DNA from: Octopus vulgaris
Lineage: Eukaryota
Length of the DNA stretch: 64,000 nucleotides
Direction: 5' to 3'
Assembly (NCBI GenBank): GCA_951406725.2
Contig: OX597814.1
Coordinates: forward strand, 82,088,001 to 82,152,000
The notes under the pieces were generated by a model. That model made no database searches. It was not told the DNA's origin and saw only the letters and a program-made list of their open reading frames with translations. The first letter of the stretch is position 1, and every line of letters starts with the position of its first letter. Shown in pieces: positions 54,540-64,000 of this stretch. A program made the position numbers and the translations under genes.

Positions 54540-54779
54540 GACAATGGAAATTAATTTGTCTCAAAAAGTACGTGTGAGTGATTACGCTGCCAAATGACTG
54601 TGAATTGTAAGATAACGGCATTTGAAATGCTGTTTCCAGTCAGTCACCAACTGAGTAATACTGTTCATTAGTGCAGGATCTGGGGAATGAGACAGTGTGA
54701 TGGTAAGAGGAAAAGTTGGGTCGAATGAGTAGGTCTGGGTTCAGAAGAAAAGGGACCGTTATAGTAACGATATATTCTA

Positions 54780-54966
54780 TCTTTTACGCGTTTCAATCAC
54801 TGGACTGTCGCCATGCTGGGGCGCCACCTTCTAGTGTTTCAAACGAACAACCCGACAGTGGTACTTATTTTTTTAAAATCTGGTACTTTTATCGATCTCT
54901 TTTGATGAGTCGCTAAGTTCAGGGACGTAAACAAACCAGCATAAGTACAAAGACGCACACACACAC

Positions 54967-54999
<33 letters not shown>

Positions 55000-55170
55000 C
55001 ATACATACATATATAAGACAAGGTATAAATAATGATCTTTACATATTCCTTTATTACACACACACACACACACACATAACGAGTTTCTTCCCGTTTCCGT
55101 CTTCCAGATCCACTCACAAGAAGACACTTGTCCAATGTGCCACGTAGTAGAACAAAACCCAATACCACAA
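54780..55170 (-). mobile_element. SINE family A, diverged
   Basis: Reverse-complement match to the family A tail and head segments. Confidence 0.65.
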
Positions 55171-55371
55171 CATGACTAGGGAAAGAGGAGAAACTAGGCG
55201 ACTCTGTACAAATTATTACAGCAGGTTAATTGGTTGGTTTGTTAAGCAATCGGATGAGCAATATACTTCATAGATTTCTCGTACCTGCCTTTTTTTGGTA
55301 AAGTGTATAGCATCAACGGTGATGCGATAACTTATATTGTGTTAGCGGCCCTAATTGTATTCTTTTATTCG

Positions 55372-55720
55372 TTCACATGTTTCAGTCATTAGACTGCGGT
55401 CATGCTGAGGGACCGCCTTGAATTTTTAATCGAAGGAATCAGCCCCAGTACTTATTCTTTTTAAGCCTGATACTTATTCTATCTTTCTCTTTTGCCGAAC
55501 TGCTAAGTTACAGGGACGCAAACACACGGACACAAACACACACATACATATACATACATATATAAATATTCAGTTTCCGTCTATCAAATCCACTCATAAG
55601 TCTTTGATCGGCCTGCGGCTATAGTAGAAGACCGTTGTCCTGAGTGCCACACAGTAGGACTGAACTCAGAACCATATGGTTGGGAAGCAAGCTTCTTACC
55701 ACACAGTCACGCCTGCGCCT
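55372..55720 (-). mobile_element. SINE family A
   Basis: Ends ...TTACCACACAGTCACGCCTGCGCCT, the reverse complement of the family A head. Confidence 0.8.
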
Positions 55721-56021
55721 AAAAACTACTCGCCCCTGGCTAGGTTGGAATCATCAACCATATGCATGATTATGTGTATGAATGAAGGTAAGTATATGTA
55801 TATACTATATTTGACACCTTATAAATGGTGCACGAGCCTATGAGATCCATTTTGATTTGGGTGTTCTTTCTTGGACTATCACTTGCCTTTACCCTTAACT
55901 TTGACTTTTTTTATAAGACGTGGACCAACTTTATGGGTCTTTTTTCAAAAACAAGAGTGTTTTACTAAGTGTATATGCGGATGCACGTATGTTTATGTAT
56001 GTATGCATTTATGTATATATA

Positions 56022-56072
<51 letters not shown>

Positions 56073-56433
56073 GCAAGTGTGTATTATAAATGCACACACA
56101 CAATATATATACGGCCAAATGGTTAAGAAGTTCGTTTCGTAATCATGGTTTCTGGGCTTCAGCCCTCCGCATCGTATCCTGATATCTTCTATTATATCCT
56201 CGAGTAAATACAACACTTGTGAAATGAAATTACGTGGGGTTGGAAACTGTGCAGAAACACGCTGAATGGATTATACCTGCTATTGAAATAACTAACTTCA
56301 TCACACGTTGTGTGAGGCTTATTCTGCTAGAGACTCACGTTAAAGAAAACACTCGGCCTCTCACGCTATAATACGAATGGTAAGAAGTTCAGTTGACTGA
56401 ACAACTGGAATAAGCATCACTGAAACCACCGGT

Positions 56434-56534
<101 letters not shown>

Positions 56535-57099
56535 TTAGCCGTTGGGCCTTATAGTATTTTTTATTAGCAGCAAGTCATGATATACATAGATCAAAATTGA
56601 ATCCCTAGACCCGCGAGGAGCCCTAGACAACTTACTCAGTGGGCTCATGCCTTCAGATGGCCCTGGTGTTTGGAGGATGTGAATCAGACGCAGAGAAGTC
56701 AATAAGTTAACAAGCTAAGTCTTCAATGCAAACATACTTAGATGTGCAAGTGAAGCAAATTCGTTTTATTATGTCGATGCATTAGAAAAGGCTATGAGCA
56801 TCAGACAATTTCATTTGTTCTGTTTTAAAAATCCGAGACTATATTTCTTCCTACTATAGGTACAAGGCCTGAAATTTTAGGTGAAGGGGTTAGCCATTAC
56901 CAACCCAAACCCTTGTGCTCGACTGGTATTTATTCCATTGATCTCGAAAAGATGAAGAGCAAAGTTCGGTGACATTTGAACACAGAACATAAAACTGGAA
57001 GAACTTGCGCTATGCATTTTGTCCGGTGCTTTTACAAGACTGTATATATTAAAATATTATTTCATTATTATAACATTTCTGTTCTGGGCAAGACATTAA

Positions 57100-58135
57100 A
57101 CTGCATTCCGTAGTGAATCTCCTGCTCGGAACTGTGTCACACCTTTTTCCTCACTATTCTCAGGTCCGCTCTGACCCAGTGTGGTAGTATTTGTGAAGGA
57201 TCCCTGATAGGGTCGAAAGGGATGGGGTCATCCCAGCTTAGCGGTCCCAGCGGTGTCATTGCACGTAGAGCTGTCCAGGTCCACGGGTACCCCCATCACT
57301 GGCGGTCCCGTGCCAAACCCTGTGCATCCCCCAAGATGACGTCGGGTCTCTGGAGATCTTCATTAATCACGTCCAGCCATCTTCATTAATCACGTTCAGT
57401 TACTGGATCGAATGAGGAAACGACCATACCAGCGAATGCATTGGATGGCTACGAGATGGATGCGTGCGCGCGCGCAGCTCTTCGTTCGAACGTTATGGTA
57501 CCATCTGATGTTCTCGATGGCCCTCTGGTCTCTGCTATCGAAGCTGCCGATCCTCTTTGCCAGGGCCTTCGTGAGGGTCCACGTTTCTGTACCATAGAGG
57601 AGAAATGAGAAGACCGATGCGGAGCTTCGTCTTCCGGAAGGTAGAACACAGCACCAAAGAGACTTCCATCGGAACTACATGACCTCTGCGGGCAGACCAC
57701 GTCTGCGGTTGCTCTTGGCGTCAGATTTCTATTATGGGTGACCGTGGAGCTCAGATAGATGAAGAAGCTGGCAAACTCCATGATGTCGGTGCCAATATGG
57801 AGTGGAGGAGAGTCTAGGCCATCGTTGATATACAGCAGCCTGGTCCTCGCCCAACTCACCTAAAAGTCAAGCTTTACTGATTCCTCTCGATATATGGTCA
57901 GTGCATGCCTTAGCTAGTCGATCGAGTTGCTGAATAGGGTGGTATCATCTGCATATACTCCAGATCGATAAGGTGGTAGTTCCCGAAGGTAACACCACAA
58001 ACTTACTCACAGACCTTGAACATTAGATAATCGATGACACAGTTGAATAGGTGGCAGTGTTGGTAGGGAACCAACAGTGCTATAGAGCTGTTTGAACAGG
58101 GCGGTGACCTTGGGAGACACGCCGACAAACTTGAG
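57100..58135 (-). mobile_element. Decayed RTE-clade LINE (RT C-terminus)
   Basis: Minus strand GVSQG-like motif, LFNCVID, EYADDTTL, FIYLSS, plus an RTE-like 3' region. Confidence 0.7.
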
Positions 58136-58409
58136 AATTATATATATATAAACATGCGTATACATATATATGTGCGTGTGAGTGTGTGTGTGTGTGTGTG
58201 TGCCTGTGTGTATGCGGGTGTGTGTGTATGCGTGTATATATACGTATATGTTTGTGTATATCTATATATATATATACATACAAACGCATATATACATACC
58301 TACATACATGCATATAAATATCTGTGTATGTGTGTGTGTGTGTGTAGGTCCGTACTCCTACTCCCGTTCAGTGTTCAACCTGGAGCGAAACAAGGACAAT
58401 AACTATCTT

Positions 58410-58445
58410 ACATCACTACCACTACAACTACTGCTACTGCTGCTG

Positions 58446-58493
<48 letters not shown>

Positions 58494-58509
58494 CACCACC
58501 ACCACCACC

Positions 58510-58556
<47 letters not shown>

Positions 58557-58572
58557 CACCACCACCACCACC

Positions 58573-58638
<66 letters not shown>

Positions 58639-59470
58639 GCTGCTGTTGCTGCTGCTGTTTCTGCTACTACTGCTGCTACTACTACTTCTACAAACTACCG
58701 TCACCAACGACAATAATACCACCACCACCACCACCACATGATCGTCACCACTGACAAAAGCAAAAACTCCAACACCCGCACCACTGCCATGATTACCAAC
58801 GTTATCACCTCTCACCTCCAGCACTACACAACCCATACCGCCAACTATTACTCTTATATCACCACCACCACTACTCCCCACCACCACCACTACCACCACA
58901 ACTGCCGCCACCACTACCCCACCACTACTATCAGCACCACCACCCACTAAAACCACCCCCACTACCACAACTACCACTACCGTCGGCAACGCTATCATCA
59001 CCTCAACCACCGCTATGATAAACATCAAAACTGCCACCACACACAACATTATCATAACCACAATTACCAACAACAGCAAAAAGAAAACAAAAAAAAAACA
59101 CCAATAAACAGACGCACTATCCTCACCGTAACCCTCAACGCCACCACCACCACCACTATAGCCACTGTCACCGCCGCCACTACCATAATCGCCACCACCA
59201 CCAACAACAACAGCAGGCTAAATAAAGGGAATGCTGAATGGTAATGTTGGTGGCGGATAAACTGTTGTTGTTGTTTTTCAAACTCCGCCTCACCTGCTCT
59301 CGCTCTTTCCCGACTTCTCCCTAATCACTTCACTAAACCATCACCACACATCACGCAGGCACGCACACGAACGACCCACACACCATCCATGTCACTGTCA
59401 ACTCTCTCCCTACCACACTTCATCATCACCACCACCACCACCACCACCACCACCATCACCATCAACCTCA
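58410..59470. repeat. (TAC)n/(CAC)n/(TGC)n low-complexity region
   Basis: Directly visible. Confidence 0.9.
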
Positions 59471-60059
59471 CTCCCACCACACCAACTTCAACTTATACCA
59501 AACACTTACACACACATACACGCACACACACACAGACACACACGTACACACACAGACACACGCGCACACTTCCAGCCGTTTCTCCAGCCGTTTCTCCGTT
59601 TCTCCGTTTCTACCTCCATTGCATTATAATCTTCAACGATAACGACGTTATCGTCTTATCACACAGTGTGTTATACATACATACACACATACATACATAC
59701 ATACATACATACATACATACATACATACATACATACATACATACATACATAGATGCATGCATGCATGCATGCATATATTACATGCATGCGTGAATAAGAA
59801 GAGACTTAAGATCAGTGCAGATAGCATTTGAATGCAGTGTGACACCATCTGCTATACAGCAGCAGCAAAAATATTTAAATGAACCAAGTGCTTAAAAATA
59901 ACATCCTGCAAATCAGTCGTGAGTTCTTCTAGAAGTACTCACTTCTCAGAGACCTCTCATATGAACACAGGAGTGCAGGAATAGCATACCTCAACAAAGA
60001 CCTAAAAGAGAAACTCTCTGCCTAACACAAAAAATGGTTATGCATGGGTATGTTTACTG

Positions 60060-60452
60060 TAAGTTTGCAGATTTGAGGGAGAGAGTGAGTTGATTACATC
60101 TACCCTAGTGCTCAACTGGTAATCATTTTATCAACCTCGAAAGTATGAAAGGCAAAGTTGACATCGGTGGAATTTGAACTCAGAACTTTGGGAAGGACGT
60201 AATGCCTCTGAGCATTTTGCCCGGCAAGAGGAAAATGATAATATTAATTTAGAGTAAGACGGTGAGCTGACAGAATCGTTAGCATGCCAGGCAAAATGCT
60301 TAGCGTCATTTCGCCCATCTTCACGTTCTGAGTTCAAATTCCGCCGAGGTCGAATTCACTTTTCATCTTTTCGGGGTCGATAAAATAAGTGCGATCCAGT
60401 CGACTTACCCATCTCCCGAAATTACTGGCCTTATGCCAAAATTTGAAATCAA
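60060..60452. mobile_element. Head-to-head SINE family B pair (60060-60230 minus; 60255-60452 plus)
   Basis: Both match family B, in opposite orientations. Confidence 0.7.
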
Positions 60453-60529
60453 TATCAGCATGAAATTTAGCCACTCTTGAACTCGTAATTGTTATATCAT
60501 GTCACTTCTTGAAGGTTAGGCTTTTGCAG

Positions 60530-60782
60530 TCCGAGAGGAGAAAGAAAATAGATTCGAAATACCTAATGAACAAAAGAAACGTGAACAATCATGAACAAAA
60601 TTGATGCCCTTAAGTCCCCAAGATGCAAACAAAAGTATCGTTTATATCGCACTTCTATGGAAGACGTTGCACATGTGATCAGTAGAAGCCCGAAAATGTC
60701 ATCGTTACTACATGATGTTGCCAAATTAATGCACTGTATACCATTCGTATGATAGATTGCCCAGGAATACACACACACACAC

Positions 60783-60821
<39 letters not shown>

Positions 60822-60957
60822 TATATATCAGCGAAAAAAAATACGCTGAACTATTGAAGAATCTATAGTTACTCAATCCAGTTTACAAGTTCAGGTTTAT
60901 ACCTATGATTACTGGCAAGAAATCTTCAAATAAAACTGAAAAATGACGTACATACAC

Positions 60958-61006
<49 letters not shown>

Positions 61007-61460
61007 CCTATAATTATTTGGATATACAACACACTGCATTAATACCAATCTTGAGAAATTAGGCTCCTCAAAACCAGAAAGAAGAAAGCTGTTACGAAGG
61101 CTACAGATCCAAGCCATCACTGGAACTGTAAAAATCTGTAAAGCTTTCCAGAAGTTTATCATTTAAGTATATATTAGCATGTCTAGATATGCAACTATAT
61201 GCATGAGAATATATACATAAAACAAAGCATACAAATTTGCACATAACATACACAGATACATACATTTATACATACATTTATACATACATACATACATACA
61301 TACATACATACATACATACATACATACATACATACATACATACAAAAATACTCCGTTGATGTTTTTGGAATTCCAATGAGGGAGCCTTGGATCTAGGTTA
61401 GAAACCGGCTCTTTCTCTATCGTAAGAAATCTTGAAATAAAACTAAATAATGAAATACAA
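60530..61460 (+). mobile_element. Two fragments of the RLE-type LINE interleaved with (CA)n/(CATA)n
   Basis: MEDVAHVISRSPKMSS, KYAELLKNL*LLNPVYKFRFIPMITG, NLEKLG..LQIQAITGTVKICKAF; shared 3' end AAGAAATCTT(C/G)AAATAAAACT at ~60917 and ~61424. Confidence 0.7.
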
Positions 61461-62848
61461 AAAGAAAAAAGGAAAAGCCACTACCAAGAACCTGCTGCCT
61501 CCTACTGTTTATCTATACAATTCACCAAAACAATCCCTATCTCTCCGTTCAGTTTTTACCCTTTGCAGCGCATAACCTCCACCAACAAGGAGCCTGTACG
61601 TGATTATTCTACCGGCTTGAAACAGTAGCCAAATATCCCTCGGATCACAACTTTTATGACTTACAAAAGGTATGAAACTTTAAATAATGGAGTCCTGGAT
61701 ACACTTTAAAATATGGAATGGTCGCGGCTGGAATAAATTTGATACAAATTCGTTTGCTCAGCCAAAGGGTACCATTTGACTAAAACATCCCGCACAGACA
61801 TCGCCTGCTGTCAATGTTACCCTTCTATCTACACGCAAACATATATACGGGAGCGAGTAACCAACCCAAGCACTTAGCTATCCCATCCCCACTGACACCA
61901 TCACCGCCACAGCCGACACCACTACCACTACCACTACCACAAACATTATTATTACCCCATTTCTACCGTTAGAGCCAACACATCACACACACACACATCA
62001 CCTTTTAGACAAAGTATAGTCAGCATGAAAAGTGTGTGATTACTTCAATACAAAATACATACACACATACATACACACAGACAGACAGGCAGATAGACAT
62101 AATCCACACGCGCATGCACATATTTCACTGACCCTTATTATACACACATATATGCTAGCACCGTGTGTATGTGTGTAAACATACACGCACACACACACAC
62201 ATATATGTATACATATATTAATAATTACACACACATACGCACACATACACACTCACTTAAAATACATAACGAATGTGCAAGTAAATATACTTTACACCAA
62301 GGAAAAAAGAACAAAAGCAAATAAAATAAAATGGCGGCGCGCGACAAAGGCACATGCCGCACGAGCCGACAGTCACGTGCTCAAACCGACAGGTGCTCCC
62401 TTACGTGGGAACCAACCCAATACAAGCGAGACAATGGACTCAACGAGAAATGGGAGGTATAGGAGAAAAAAAAATAAACACAATAAAAAGAGTAATATGG
62501 CCGCTATATATATATATTTTTATATATGTATTTATTTAGTTATTTATTTATGATGTACACTGCTTAGAATAAATACATAAATACATAAATATGGGAAATA
62601 AAAAGAAGATAAGGTTTTAAGAGAGAAAGACTTTCCCTTGATAGGCTAGCCCAATCCGCTTTGAGGAGTAACCAAAGGAGAAATATAGAGAAGAAAACGA
62701 AGGCGAGAGTGAGAGAGAGAAAAGAGAGAGAGAGAGAGGAGGTAGAAGTATATTAAAGTATTACAAAGAACGAAAATTGATAAAAAATTATTATGATTAT
62801 ATGCACGCGCGCACACACACACACAAACACACAAACGCAAACACACAC

Positions 62849-62927
<79 letters not shown>

Positions 62928-62964
62928 ATGAGTGTTTAAGTGTTTATATGTCTATGTATGTATG

Positions 62965-63020
<56 letters not shown>

Positions 63021-63079
63021 TTATATAGATATAAAACGGCGGTGCATCAGCATGGCCACAGCTCTGAGCTGAAACTAGA

Positions 63080-63132
<53 letters not shown>

Positions 63133-63330
63133 CAGGGTGACCCAAAAGTATGTTTACAGTTATCACGTAGGCACTTTAAATTTCTTTTAAAACACTTTAT
63201 TACATTTAAATTTCCATCTTACAATTAATTAAATGGTTTCATATTTTTGTATAATTAAGATCTAAACTCTTAATATATGAATGCGAAAGAGATAGTTGAA
63301 TAACTGTAACCCTACTTTTGGGCCACCCTA
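63133..63330. mobile_element. Tc1/mariner MITE with TA TSD
   Basis: CAGGGTGACCCAAAAGTA..TTACAGTTA is mirrored by TAACTGTAA..TACTTTTGGGCCACCCT. Confidence 0.85.
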
Positions 63331-63339
63331 TATATTATA

Positions 63340-63850
63340 TAGTTGTAAAATCTCAAGAAGTGATCAGAATAGTAAGTAAACAAGTAAAGTTAATCGCCGC
63401 ATCAAAGTGACTGTTCGATGTTACTACTACTTTTACCCCAGCGGGTAAAGTTGTTATTGGTGCAGCGCTGCACCCTATATAATGCTAACAAGGGAAGCGA
63501 ACACCTACCATCCTCTAGCAGACAAGAGGATCGCTAGAGTGACTCAGTTTCGAGCTGGTTGACTTATCCCCAGTCGCGAGTATCAGGTCGCCAGAGCGAT
63601 ATATTGTAAACAATACATTGTAATCAAAGCGATATATTCTAAACTAAGCTACCATCGGTCACTGATTTGCAACAAGCAAAAATATAGCTCCCCCAGCTAG
63701 CAATATATAGGGTGTAGCGCTGTACCGAAAACCAGCTGGCGGAAGATCTGCCTTGAGTTAAACTAGTAGTAACATGGCACAACCACTTTGATGTGGCGAT
63801 TAATTTACTTGTTAGTATAGTTACTACTCTGATCTCTTCTTCACAACTAG
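63340..63850. mobile_element. Foldback/MITE with long imperfect TIRs (~150 bp)
   Basis: TTAATCGCCGCATCAAAGTG is mirrored by CACTTTGATGTGGCGATTAA; CAGCGCTGCACCCTATATA is mirrored by TATATAGGGTGTAGCGCTG. Confidence 0.8.
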
Positions 63851-64000
63851 CTACTTATGCTTGTTGCAAATCAGTGACATCCTCCAAGACGAAAAGCGGA
63901 ACGTACCAAGGGGTGTAAGAGCTCAGTAGAGTCAACGGTCATCCAACAGCTGAAAGTACGAGCACCCTAGTTTTTTCTGTTAGACATGTCTCTAGAAGGA

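Noticed and set aside
58182-59079. Poly-Y/H/S/G ORFs
   Set aside because: Trinucleotide low-complexity sequence with no supporting splice or domain evidence.

Overview
This is repeat-dominated, AT-rich animal DNA with no supportable host protein-coding exon. The SINE, LINE and microsatellite inventory looks like a coleoid cephalopod, probably Octopus (inference). It contains decayed non-LTR retroelements (Tx1/L1, CR1, RTE, R4/Dong-type RLE, Penelope) and DNA transposons (a near-complete mariner, Tc1, DD37D maT, a full-length Chapaev3 with TIRs and TSD, pogo, hAT and Tc1 MITEs, foldbacks, non-autonomous Helitrons). There are also many tRNA-derived SINEs and abundant (TA)n, (CA)n, (TACA)n and (TAA)n tracts. 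Most long ORFs in the track are microsatellite artefacts. The most notable signal is a set of minimal type-I hammerhead ribozyme (HHR) motifs from several unrelated sequence families, sitting in short non-coding units embedded in (TA)n tracts. They cluster at about 46.9-48.6 kb, where two intact-core HHRs in direct repeat 419 nt apart give the layout of a non-LTR retrozyme or Penelope pseudo-LTR that could release a 419-nt circular RNA. A second signal is an RLE-type LINE family repeatedly associated with (CATA)n tracts, alongside a (TAA)n-inserted Dong element.
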